From the IMG/VR virus record IMGVR_UViG_3300047558_000137, positions 124,001 through 188,000 of that record: a stretch of DNA of 64,000 nucleotides; one strand, given 5' to 3'. Position 1 is the first letter of the stretch. Every line of letters begins with the position of its first letter. This document shows positions 46,108 to 55,139 of the stretch, in pieces. The translations under genes were made by a program, and so were the position numbers. Under the pieces are notes generated by a model. It saw only the letters and a program-made list of their open reading frames with translations. It did not search any database and had not been told where the DNA came from.

Positions 46108-46476
46108 TTAGATGTCAACGAAACGGCGACTAGTTAATAGCCAACCAATTTGATTTAGATCTTGTTCAATTTCTTCTGTTACATAGCTTTCTTCGACAAA
46201 GCCAGCAAAGTCGGTTCCTTTGAACCCCGATCCCGATCCGTACCAAGAACGATAATCTTCGTGCTGTCGTATTTCAGAAACTATTATTGCGGCATTGTGC
46301 CAGGTTGTGTCCCAGGTAATATTAGTTAATATGCCCCAGACATCTTTTGGTTGATAAACATTGTTGCACAGAGCAGCGTATAAGTTCTGTGCGTATATTT
46401 CTTGGCGCTGAATCTTATCAACTACCCATGTAGTTGTTCTAATGTCACGTTCCAGATTAAAAACCCTGCGCCCCAT
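46108..46476 (-). CDS. Hypothetical protein, paralog of 52713-53093
   Basis: YAQNLYAALCNN...W...EDYRSWY...V.EE...DL..IGW. Confidence 0.6.
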   Translation of the reverse strand: MGRRVFNLERDIRTTTWVVDKIQRQEIYAQNLYAALCNNVYQPKDVWGILTNITWDTTWHNAAIIVSEIRQHEDYRSWYGSGSGFKGTDFAGFVEESYVTEEIEQDLNQIGWLLTSRRFVDI

Positions 46477-46497
46477 ATTGTATTTAATACAGGCAAC

Positions 46498-46525
46498 AAA
46501 AAAGCCCGCCTAAGCGAGCTTTTTG
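46498..46525 (-). terminator. Intrinsic terminator
   Basis: AAAAAGCTCGC-TTAG-GCGGGCTTTTTT on minus strand. Confidence 0.7.
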
Positions 46526-46549
46526 CTTTTAAAAGAAATAAGTCTAGTA

Positions 46550-46816
46550 TTAGACCAAACCCATTGCCAGGGCCTTGTAACCAGCGGCAATGATCTTGCG
46601 GCTAGCTTTACCATGACGGTACTCAGTAACGTGAACGCCGTTCTTGGCCTTACGTTGGTTTGCATAAATTGCAAAACCTGCTTGGCGCAAACGAGTTGCT
46701 TCTGCACTCAAGTTACCAATGCCAAAACGCTTTTTAGCTTCTGCGGCTGTCAAAGACTCACCGTCAACAACCAATGCCTTATAGGCTTTACCAGTTTTAG
46801 TTTTCAAATCAAACAT
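46550..46816 (-). CDS. Small winged-HTH DNA-binding protein
   Basis: LTAAEAKKRFGIGNLSAEATRLRQAGFAIY. Confidence 0.65.
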   Translation of the reverse strand: MFDLKTKTGKAYKALVVDGESLTAAEAKKRFGIGNLSAEATRLRQAGFAIYANQRKAKNGVHVTEYRHGKASRKIIAAGYKALAMGLV

Positions 46817-46899
46817 ATTAATTTCCTTAAAGTATTTGCTGTTAACGCAACAGCTAGATCTATTGTAACAACAGCAACACTACAAATCAAATATTTTGG

Positions 46900-48702
46900 T
46901 TAAACTCGTGTAATTTTATTTTTCGTTGAATACAACTTACGGAATATAAACTTTTTAAAGTCTTTAATATTTGGTGTGCTCGGCTCAATTTGGTACTGGA
47001 ACGCACCCCGATCCCACGTTTCTATATCAACATCAGTATCAACTGTTAAAGGATAAGATACAGAATCCCGATACATTGAATTAGTCTGTAGCTGATAGAT
47101 AGAATCGGGTATATTGGTTAAACTTCTGGCAACACTGGTTGTTAGGTCAAATGTAAGATCCAAATGATCGTAGAGATATTCGGAATTTAAGTTATGATAA
47201 AGCCCATGCCCATTTTTTCGAAATGATTCAAGATCCTTTATTTCCCCAGTTGATAGATATTGGTGTATAATATTTCTAGACTTGACAAACTGTTCGGCAA
47301 AGTCTCCTATGCGGAATTGTTCGAACAGTTGATCGTAGAATTGTCTATAGGATATACCTAATACGTTTCTGCAATACTTGGCATACAGATGACTATAGCC
47401 ATGTATGTGAAAATTAATAACAGTGGCCGCATATAGATAACCATCAACAATGTCATCTAGGCTCATAGTGTCGGTTGACTGTACCAATTCCATATCTTCA
47501 TCGATACCACGCCAGTCATCTTGGTGATATAGTGTAACAAAATCTCTTACTGTTACAGATTTAATACCATACTGCTGTCTGCTGGCAGGTTGAGATAATT
47601 CACTGTTTTCCAATAGTTGAGCAAAAAATACTTCAATGGTTTGATGCTGTCCCATTTCTAGCGTATCAGCTATGCCCTGCTTCCAGGACTCTAGTGTTTC
47701 ATTGGGCAGACCAATAATTAATTCTGTATAGGTTGGTATCTTGTGCTGTTGGCTCAACTTCATTAACTTCTGTACATCATTAATGGCAAGATTTTTACGT
47801 TTGATTGCATCTAAGGTATTGTCGTTGTTACTTTGTAATGCCACAGTAACACCTTTGCTATAAGGACCTATTACTCGCGCAATTTCAAATGCATTTTCTG
47901 AACTGTTCTTAGGATACTGAATATTGACAGAACTGATCATACTGTTATCTGCGGCCTCACGTATCATGTGTGCTATTTCAAGATCTCTTTTGAACAATAT
48001 ACCAAAGTTGGCATCTGCTACAAATATATGCACAACAGGATTTGCTCGAGCCCAGTCTAGTTCTGCTTGTATATGCTCTAACTGAAACTTTTTTATTTTT
48101 GAGTATGTAACTCCGCCCCAATCGCAAAACGTGCATGAATAAGGGCATCCACGATTGGTTTCTAATGTCATTGCCCAGACAAAGTTGGGATTGTCTTTGA
48201 CGATTTGATCAAACACTCCTGAGGTATATGCACTTGGAATGTCTAGGTCTTGTAGTCGTTGTCGTTGATAAAACGGTTCTATAGGTCGATTGGCAGCAAT
48301 GTCTCGAAGTATGGCAGTGAAGTTTTCCTCACCTTCGCCCATGATAATGCAGTCAATGAATTTATGCTGTATTAATTTACCGCTGGGTTCTGCTCCACCA
48401 AATACAATAACACAATCAGGCCAACGTTGTTTAATTTCTTGGGCCAATGTTAGACAATAATTTTTATTCCATATATAACAGCTAAACCCGCATAAGACAG
48501 GATCCGACATTCGTGCCAATACATCTTCAACAGGTTCTCTGCGGAATATAATATCAGCTAAATGGAATTGTTCACGTATGTCAGAAAAATGGGTTGCATA
48601 ACTCCATATGCAACCCACACTGTACGGTAGCCAATAAGTATTTTCGTCTCTATATTCAACACCGTACTGTGGTTGAAATAGATATACGTTTGATTTTGTC
48701 AT
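46900..48702 (-). CDS. B12-binding domain radical SAM protein
   Basis: LCGFSCYIWN, VFGG.EP, IMGEGE, ETNRGCPYSCTFCDWG (CxxxCxxC), ELIIGLPNET. Confidence 0.9.
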   Translation of the reverse strand: MTKSNVYLFQPQYGVEYRDENTYWLPYSVGCIWSYATHFSDIREQFHLADIIFRREPVEDVLARMSDPVLCGFSCYIWNKNYCLTLAQEIKQRWPDCVIVFGGAEPSGKLIQHKFIDCIIMGEGEENFTAILRDIAANRPIEPFYQRQRLQDLDIPSAYTSGVFDQIVKDNPNFVWAMTLETNRGCPYSCTFCDWGGVTYSKIKKFQLEHIQAELDWARANPVVHIFVADANFGILFKRDLEIAHMIREAADNSMISSVNIQYPKNSSENAFEIARVIGPYSKGVTVALQSNNDNTLDAIKRKNLAINDVQKLMKLSQQHKIPTYTELIIGLPNETLESWKQGIADTLEMGQHQTIEVFFAQLLENSELSQPASRQQYGIKSVTVRDFVTLYHQDDWRGIDEDMELVQSTDTMSLDDIVDGYLYAATVINFHIHGYSHLYAKYCRNVLGISYRQFYDQLFEQFRIGDFAEQFVKSRNIIHQYLSTGEIKDLESFRKNGHGLYHNLNSEYLYDHLDLTFDLTTSVARSLTNIPDSIYQLQTNSMYRDSVSYPLTVDTDVDIETWDRGAFQYQIEPSTPNIKDFKKFIFRKLYSTKNKITRV

Positions 48703-48714
48703 CAACCGTATTTA

Positions 48715-49233
48715 TTAGTTACTTACTACCCTTGCTACAGAATTAATAACACTGGCAATACGTCCGATATCGCGAAGTTGTTCTACGGTGTAGCCCATCT
48801 TCTTTAATCCTTCATAGTGTGCCTTAACACAAAAGTGGCACTTACCAACAATACTTGCAGCCAAACTATAGGCTTCAAAACGTTCTTTGGTTGTACCGCC
48901 ACTGGTACTGATAGCGTTCATACGCAACTGTGCCGGCAATCCTTTTAACTGCTCATCGTCGGCCATTTCAACATAAGGATACCATATGTTGTTTTGTGCC
49001 ATTAATGCGCCAGCCGTAAGTGCTGCCTGTGTTTCAGTTTTGTTGGCAATTTGGCTTTCCATCCAAGTCCATAGCTTGCTGTTACCTGTTGCAAAAGCTG
49101 CCGCTAAGGCCACAGCTTCTGCTTCTTCTACTGGTAGTGTGCTACGCTTGATTACTGCGTCAATGTTTAATTTTGTATCTTTTGCATAGTCAGGAATACT
49201 GGCTTCCTTTAATGCATCTACCCATGCTGTCAT
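48715..49233 (-). CDS. ahpD: Alkylhydroperoxidase AhpD
   Basis: IPDYAKDTKLN, MAQNNIWY, LAASIVGKCHFCVKAH. Confidence 0.9.
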   Translation of the reverse strand: MTAWVDALKEASIPDYAKDTKLNIDAVIKRSTLPVEEAEAVALAAAFATGNSKLWTWMESQIANKTETQAALTAGALMAQNNIWYPYVEMADDEQLKGLPAQLRMNAISTSGGTTKERFEAYSLAASIVGKCHFCVKAHYEGLKKMGYTVEQLRDIGRIASVINSVARVVSN

Positions 49234-49243
49234 TTTGTTTTCC

Positions 49244-49471
49244 TTACGTTAATGCTTTAAAAGAGCCTACTAGATAGATTACAACCACAACTAGTTCTAC
49301 TATGATTAGGCTCCATTTCTTCCATATAAATCCTAACCAGAGCCATAATAGATTGGCAGCTAGACAGACAAATATATTAATAGGATAATAGTTAAAACTT
49401 GTTAACCAAACACCCAACAACAGTATTAGTGTAGCTGACCATTCTACTATAAACTCTAGGTTAAATTTCAT
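49244..49471 (-). CDS. Small membrane protein (3 TM)
   Basis: Hydrophobic; EWSAT...YP.N...W..WG. Confidence 0.55.
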   Translation of the reverse strand: MKFNLEFIVEWSATLILLLGVWLTSFNYYPINIFVCLAANLLWLWLGFIWKKWSLIIVELVVVVIYLVGSFKALT

Positions 49472-50016
49472 TAAAGTGTTTCACCACCGATTGGGCGTGA
49501 GCATGGGCACAACTCGCCAGTTTGCAATGCATCTAATACACGCAATGCTTCGTCTGGGTTACGGCCAACATCCAAGTTGTTTACTGTAACGTGTTGGATG
49601 ATGTTGTCTGGGTCAACAATAAATGTTGCACGTAGTGCGGCACCTGCTGGACCATAGAAGATACCCAATTGCTCGGCCAAGCTGTTTTCGTCGCGAGCTA
49701 CGTCAGCAAATGACCAGCTGTTAGTTTTCTTCAAGTCTTCGTGTGCGTTACGCCAAGCCAACTTGCAGAACTCATTGTCTGTTGAGCCGATTAGCAATAC
49801 TGCATCACGGTCAGCAAAGTCCGAATTCAACTTGTCGTAGGCTACGATTTCAGTTGGACATACAAAAGTAAAGTCCTTTGGATAATAAACGATTACTTTC
49901 CATTTACCTTCAAAGCTCTTGTCTGTGATGGTTTCAAATGCGCCGTCTGGTGTCAATGCGCCTGGCTTAACGCCTGTTACTGCAAAACTTGTGATTTTGT
50001 CGCCGATAGTTTTCAT
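49471..50016 (-). CDS. ahpC: Peroxiredoxin AhpC
   Basis: YYPKDFTFVCPTE, ALRATFIVDP, VGRN, TGELCP. Confidence 0.95.
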   Translation of the reverse strand: MKTIGDKITSFAVTGVKPGALTPDGAFETITDKSFEGKWKVIVYYPKDFTFVCPTEIVAYDKLNSDFADRDAVLLIGSTDNEFCKLAWRNAHEDLKKTNSWSFADVARDENSLAEQLGIFYGPAGAALRATFIVDPDNIIQHVTVNNLDVGRNPDEALRVLDALQTGELCPCSRPIGGETL

Positions 50017-50041
50017 TTTAGTTTCCTTTAAGTTAATGAAT

Positions 50042-50386
50042 TTATTTTTGTGATCTGCAATTTGGGCAAATCAATTCTAAGTTAGATTCGTCATTATTGT
50101 AACTGTTGTTGTCTTTGTATTCTACTACCAAAGGTGCAGGTTCTCCTTGCCATTCTGTAATACCGCAACGTTCGCATTTGTGACCACGTTCTTGGATCAA
50201 ATATTTTTTAACCCAATCTGGCACTTGCCTCCAAGCTGATGGCTCTTTGGCCATTTTCCAATCGTTAACCAATTGGCGGCTGCGGTGTTGTTGTTGACAA
50301 CTATTGTTGCAGTATTTGTTAGTATAACTATTACCTTTGATAGGATTGTTACGACCACAATTCAAACAAGTAAAACAACGTGACAT
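50042..50386 (-). CDS. HNH-like zinc-binding protein, catalytic His residues apparently lost
   Basis: KCERCG...LVVEYKDNN..NN..SNLELICPNCR. Confidence 0.65.
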   Translation of the reverse strand: MSRCFTCLNCGRNNPIKGNSYTNKYCNNSCQQQHRSRQLVNDWKMAKEPSAWRQVPDWVKKYLIQERGHKCERCGITEWQGEPAPLVVEYKDNNSYNNDESNLELICPNCRSQK

Positions 50387-50497
50387 ATCTTCTTTCTCTA
50401 GAGCTAATCTAAAAGCACTATGTAATTACTTAGTGCTCTATACTTGGTAATTATATACGCATATAACTATAAATCAAGTCATTTGGTTAAATACGTT

Positions 50498-51136
50498 GTG
50501 TTCAAGCCAACCATTGCACTTTATCAACACCATCCCGAAGCTTCCCGAGATTGCGGGCAGGGAATAATTTTGTCAATGGCTGATAGATATAACATTGTAG
50601 AGTTCGCTGAGCAGGACTGCACAGATGAATTTCTAAGCAAAGTGGACCTGCTAGCATTTCCCGGGGGAATAGGAGATGCAGACAAATACTACGAATTCTT
50701 CCGACGCAAAACGGCCAATAGAGTGGCCGATTTTATTGACCGTGGTGGCCGCTATCTAGGTATCTGTATGGGCGCATACTGGGCTGGCCTTAACTATTTT
50801 GATATCCTAGATGGAGCAGACGCAGTACAGTATATCAAACAACCCACTGCTGACATACGCCGTAGCTACGGAACTGTGGCTCCTGTTACTTGGAATAATA
50901 CAGGCTATAATATGTATTTCTACGATGGCTGTACGTTTACGGGCAACAACTTTGAAACCGTGGCACGTTACGCAAACGGTGACCCAATGGCTATAAGAAA
51001 AGGCAGTATAGGGTTAATTGGCTGTCATCCCGAAAGCCAAGAATATTGGTACGATAAACCCTACTTAAAGGGCCATTGGCACAATGGGCAACACAATCGG
51101 CTGTTGCTTAATTTTGTTGATCAGCTGATGCTCTGA
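50498..51136 (+). CDS. Class I glutamine amidotransferase-like protein (biotin-protein ligase N-terminal type)
   Basis: FPGG, YLGICMGAY nucleophile elbow, GCHPE; GTG start just after TTAAATA. Confidence 0.75.
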   Translation: MFKPTIALYQHHPEASRDCGQGIILSMADRYNIVEFAEQDCTDEFLSKVDLLAFPGGIGDADKYYEFFRRKTANRVADFIDRGGRYLGICMGAYWAGLNYFDILDGADAVQYIKQPTADIRRSYGTVAPVTWNNTGYNMYFYDGCTFTGNNFETVARYANGDPMAIRKGSIGLIGCHPESQEYWYDKPYLKGHWHNGQHNRLLLNFVDQLML

Positions 51137-51365
51137 TCTTCATACCTAGTAGTGTGCCAAAGAACGCACCTAGTAAAGCAAACACTAGAGCAAAGTGATC
51201 AGTAACATAGTTAATTACTGCTAGGCTAGCAGTGAATGTTACAACCACACTCCACAAGGCTGCTACCACAGGACGATTGTGTTGTACACTCTTTAAGAAA
51301 TAGATGTAAATTACATCAGTGAAAAACACAGCCAAAAACGTTATTAGGTATATATCCCAGGTCAT
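51108..51365 (-). CDS. Small membrane protein
   Basis: Three hydrophobic segments. Confidence 0.6.
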   Translation of the reverse strand: MTWDIYLITFLAVFFTDVIYIYFLKSVQHNRPVVAALWSVVVTFTASLAVINYVTDHFALVFALLGAFFGTLLGMKIRASADQQN

Positions 51366-51510
51366 TTGGCTTTTTCCACTTCTGCTTTCTTTTCAGCATA
51401 GATAGGTTCAGGTAGGTGCGGGGTAATAACATAGTAGTTAGCACCCCACCACCCAATTGCCGATAGTCCGCCGGCTACAATTAATTCGATGATTATCATC
51501 GAGTATTTAA

Positions 51511-52077
51511 TTAATCATCGATGTCCTCATAATATTCTTCGTCCTCATAAATGTAGTCTTTGTTATCATAGTCCTGATAATAGGCTTCATTTGGTGCAAG
51601 GATTCGGAATTGTCCTGCGTACTTTAATGCAGCCATAGTAAGATCGTATTCTTCTCGGATATCGCAGATAGCCCATCTGCTACCACACGACCCGATAACT
51701 TCTTTCAGCTTACTGTGTTTAAATTCATTATCTTTAAGGGCTCGGTGAATACCAGACCCTTGACTTAAAATAATACGCCCAGCTCGCTGTTCGGGATGTT
51801 TGAGCCATGCATCCATAATACCCAACGAACTAATCGTGGCATTATTGTCTGGATCAATGGTTAACTTACACTTCTTGAATTTGATACTACCCTTGGTCTT
51901 TTCATTACCAGGAGTTTCCTTGGTGCTCCAAGGCATATCTGAGGTTACGTGATTGACGTAGAACGTGACGCCATGTGCTTTTACAACCCACATTGGTATG
52001 GTTGGATCTGCCAAGTGTCCTTTGTTAAAGTGAAACACTAGGTCTTTACATTTGTATTCAATCTATTTTTGTGACAT
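51511..52077 (-). CDS. Hypothetical protein with in-frame amber codon at position 5 (readthrough candidate)
   Basis: AAGGAG-N6-ATG TCA CAA AAA TAG ATT GAA TAC AAA TGT AAA GAC CTA GTG, in frame with ORF-track 51511-52038. Confidence 0.7.
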
Positions 52078-52113
52078 GCTGTTCTCCTTGGTTATGTCAA
52101 TAATATTTATAAA

Positions 52114-52189
52114 TGGTGCGCTAGACGGGACTCGAACCCGTACATGGGAGTTTTAGAGGCTCCTGCTCTAACCTTTTAGCTACTAGCGC
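52114..52189 (-). tRNA. Amber suppressor tRNA (anticodon CUA)
   Basis: 76 nt cloverleaf: acceptor GCGCTAG/CTAGCGC, A73, encoded CCA; anticodon arm GGAGC-CT CTA AA-ACTCC; T-arm ACGGG-TTCGAGT-CCCGT. Confidence 0.88.
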
Positions 52190-52423
52190 ATGTAGTAATT
52201 ATACAAGATTTTGATTTAACTGCAAGTATTTTGGTTATTTTTTATTGCAGTCTTTGCAGGGTGTAGTTCTTTTGATGTCACAATCACCGCAGGCACCTTT
52301 ATGTGCTAGCCAACGTGGAGCATAGACTATAGGTTCGTATTTTGCGGGTTTTGATTCTGAGCATTGCATACATGTCTCCGTAACTTATATATAACGTTTG
52401 ATAGCTACGTTACGTTGACATGT

Positions 52424-52735
52424 TTAACGTTTTTTTGCACGTTGGGCAAAGACATCATTGGCTGTGGCAACCACGGTCTGCTGATATACCTTAGGTGTAG
52501 GCTTTGTTAAATCGACCACTTCTGCCACTGTGTGCTCATGGCAAATACGTTCGTTTTCAATTACACGAAGTGTGGCACAGTCCTGCCCTGCTACATGACT
52601 TAGTGCATGATCTGCTGGACCTTTACCTGTTGCAGCCATAACAGCCATGCTGGCGCTGGTAACTGGATACTCTGCAACCACAGCGCATCCAGTTAGTTGA
52701 ACAAGTAATAGGCTATACCAGATCTTCGTCATCAA
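52424..52735 (-). CDS. Putative lipoprotein
   Basis: Lipobox LLLVQLTGC. Confidence 0.6.
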   Translation of the reverse strand: MMTKIWYSLLLVQLTGCAVVAEYPVTSASMAVMAATGKGPADHALSHVAGQDCATLRVIENERICHEHTVAEVVDLTKPTPKVYQQTVVATANDVFAQRAKKR

Positions 52736-53093
52736 ATGGTACCGGTTGCCATCCTAACTTTAGAAAGTCTTCACGAACATCGTCAGCAACAAATCCTTCG
52801 TTACCTGAACAGTAGTAGTCCATGTAATCTTCGTTGCGTCTAGCTATATGTGCCATCATGCCTCCTGCATAGCGCCAGGTACATGACCAAGTGTCGTCTT
52901 TAAGGATAGGCATAACTTCACGCTTTTGCCATTGCATATTGCAGAGTGCCGCATAGACTCTCTGTGCATAATCATAGTCTGTACGAATCTTTGCAACAAT
53001 CCAGTCGCAATCTTCTAATTCATGCTCTAGACTAGGGCTTGTCATGACAGTACTCGAATGTGTGTTACATTGGCGGTACGGAAACTGCGCCAT
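52713..53093 (-). CDS. Hypothetical protein, paralog of 46108-46476
   Basis: YAQRVYAALCN...WSCTWR.AG...EDYMDYYCSGNEG.V..D. Confidence 0.6.
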   Translation of the reverse strand: MAQFPYRQCNTHSSTVMTSPSLEHELEDCDWIVAKIRTDYDYAQRVYAALCNMQWQKREVMPILKDDTWSCTWRYAGGMMAHIARRNEDYMDYYCSGNEGFVADDVREDFLKLGWQPVPFDDEDLV

Positions 53094-53341
53094 TCACTTT
53101 TATCCAAACACCAAACACTCATTGACTTTGGATCGTGTATGCGTGTTTCATGTAGTTTGGCTGCATCACGTGCAGGCAATGCTGATGCCATTAATGTGCA
53201 GGGCATTGTACGCTTTTCGCCATTTACTTTTGTAAAGGTTACTTCGCATTGATGTTTCCAAAGTAAGTTTTGGATTTCGCGGAATCGTGTATCCAAATCA
53301 AAGTCTGGATTGTCATTGTTAAATTCGTAGTCTAAACTCAT
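53042..53341 (-). CDS. Sm/SH3-like (WYL-related) phage protein
   Basis: VTFTKVNGEKRTMPCTL...VWCLDKSEWRSFR. Confidence 0.65.
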   Translation of the reverse strand: MSLDYEFNNDNPDFDLDTRFREIQNLLWKHQCEVTFTKVNGEKRTMPCTLMASALPARDAAKLHETRIHDPKSMSVWCLDKSEWRSFRTANVTHIRVLS

Positions 53342-53952
53342 TGTATACCTCGTCCTAGTATTGTACCATATTCTGGATTTTCCTCAGTGTACAAGACCTG
53401 ATATCCGTTGTTTAACAGCAACGGAACCACAGCGCCACATTTGCCACTGTAATGTCCCCAGTATTTGTTGTACCAAGTGTCATCGCATACCACAATACTC
53501 TGTTCAGCCATTGCAGGTAGTGCGTAGACCATTTGTTGCAGATGTGCAGCCTGACTATTGACGTTGTTCATTTCAAAGCCCAACTGTTTATAGCGGACCT
53601 GTTGATCACGTACAAAGTCTTCAGTCTTTTCTGGGTGCCAGTCCCAATCAAAGTTATCCAAGTACAAAAAGCTAATGTAAGCAATATGACTGGGAAAATG
53701 TTTGAGATAAGATTCGCCAGTTTGGTTAATGACCTCTACGTTGGGGATGTCTTGTTCAATAACAAAGTTACAGTTATTGATGTCCATATCCACTGTAAAC
53801 AGGCTTTTACCAAATCTAGAGGCCCACTCAGCAATGGTTTTTGTACTACCGTCATCGCCATTACGACTTGTGCCAATTTCTACAAACTGGCCAATGTAGT
53901 CCGGATCAAATTGATCTAGATACTGCTCGGCTCGACGGAATACTTGTCCCAT
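53338..53952 (-). CDS. SAM-dependent methyltransferase-like protein
   Basis: FVEIGTSR..GST, FTVD, FLYLD, VVCDDT, GKCG.VVP. Confidence 0.65.
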   Translation of the reverse strand: MGQVFRRAEQYLDQFDPDYIGQFVEIGTSRNGDDGSTKTIAEWASRFGKSLFTVDMDINNCNFVIEQDIPNVEVINQTGESYLKHFPSHIAYISFLYLDNFDWDWHPEKTEDFVRDQQVRYKQLGFEMNNVNSQAAHLQQMVYALPAMAEQSIVVCDDTWYNKYWGHYSGKCGAVVPLLLNNGYQVLYTEENPEYGTILGRGIQ

Positions 53953-54169
53953 TACTTAGACTGATTGCGGCTAGTGCGTTGGCGGCTTTCGCTTTGAAGA
54001 ACTTCAACAAAGCTACGGACAAATGCGCCACGAACGTGACGATCTGGGATAGTGCTAGCCCGGCGCTTTACTTCTTTGGTCAGTTTAACTGCCTTGGGAT
54101 CGTAACCTTTACATGTCATTTTGTTTTCCTTAGTTAAATGAATATTTTACAATAATTATCTTAAAAAGT

Positions 54170-54403
54170 CTAGGCTTTGTCAGCTAGAACGTTGAAAGTT
54201 TGTTCGTGTTTATACACGTTGGCAATAGGAACTACATATCCACGATCAAGTGCCCAGTTAAGTGAGTCTCGGACCGATGTTGGGCAATCGTGTTTAATGG
54301 CCAGCATTGCCCGTGGAACAAGCCTTACTCCGTCAACAAGATTGTAACCTTCATCTCCGGGTTGCAAGGCAGTTGTGTTGGATTCGTGCAGGATATAAGT
54401 CAT
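54170..54403 (-). CDS. Hypothetical protein
   Basis: ORF track; TAG stop. Confidence 0.55.
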   Translation of the reverse strand: MTYILHESNTTALQPGDEGYNLVDGVRLVPRAMLAIKHDCPTSVRDSLNWALDRGYVVPIANVYKHEQTFNVLADKA

Positions 54404-54445
54404 TTAATGACAAACTCAATTACCATGATTAGAATAGCAGCCATT

Positions 54446-54676
54446 TTATACTCCAAAATGTTTTTGTATTGCTTCTAGGTAGTTGTCAGTTCCAAGATGT
54501 TGGTTACCGTTGTCAATCTTGTCATAGATGCCGGCACATTCTTTGACAATCAACAGGGCGAATTTTTCCATATTGTCGGTAATAGGCAAATGCTCTAGTT
54601 TGGCAGTATAAATCCCGGTACTATCTAAACTAAAGCCACTCTTTTTAGCAAGTTCTCGAATTCGTTCGCTCATCAC
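54446..54676 (-). CDS. HFGVEE-family small protein
   Basis: MSERIRELA...EKFALLIVKEC...KHFGV. Confidence 0.7.
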   Translation of the reverse strand: MMSERIRELAKKSGFSLDSTGIYTAKLEHLPITDNMEKFALLIVKECAGIYDKIDNGNQHLGTDNYLEAIQKHFGV

Positions 54677-54909
54677 TTACCCCATAACATTAAGAAACGC
54701 CAGATAACAAGTTCGTACATGGTCTGTCCCTGCATGTTACGCACTCGACCGAAAAGAAAATAGCTGGTCTTTTCTTTTTCACGATCAGTAATATGTGTCC
54801 AACAATCGTTGGCCCAATTTACTGAAAATAAATAACCAAACAGAGTAAAATACCTAGGCTCATTCGGGCAAGGATAGGTATTAAAGTATTCTCGGGCACG
54901 TTCACTCAT
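54673..54909 (-). CDS. Hypothetical protein
   Basis: ORF track, coupled. Confidence 0.55.
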   Translation of the reverse strand: MSERAREYFNTYPCPNEPRYFTLFGYLFSVNWANDCWTHITDREKEKTSYFLFGRVRNMQGQTMYELVIWRFLMLWGK

Positions 54910-55139
54910 TCTATCAAACTCCTTATAAGTTCTTGCTGAGATTGCTCTTTGTTCATAGTTGACAATAAGTATAGCATTTGCGATTCGTCTGCAATAACTT
55001 CTTCGTCTTCCCCGTTAGGGCTTTGGATAATTTTGCTTTCAATAAATTGATACTGTGCGCTGTCTTCGCCGAAGAAGAGTTTACACAATGTCTTGTATGA
55101 CCCTAGTGTGCTAGGCATGCCAGTACTAAGAGTTATCAC
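54906..55139 (-). CDS. Hypothetical protein
   Basis: STLGSY...GEDEEVIADESQM. Confidence 0.6.
   Translation of the reverse strand: MITLSTGMPSTLGSYKTLCKLFFGEDSAQYQFIESKIIQSPNGEDEEVIADESQMLYLLSTMNKEQSQQELIRSLIE

Noticed and set aside
52114-52189. Reading the tRNA as Leu(TAG) or Arg(TCT)
   Set aside because: The tRNA is on the minus strand, and stem pairing centres the 7-nt loop on CTA; a TCT register breaks the stem
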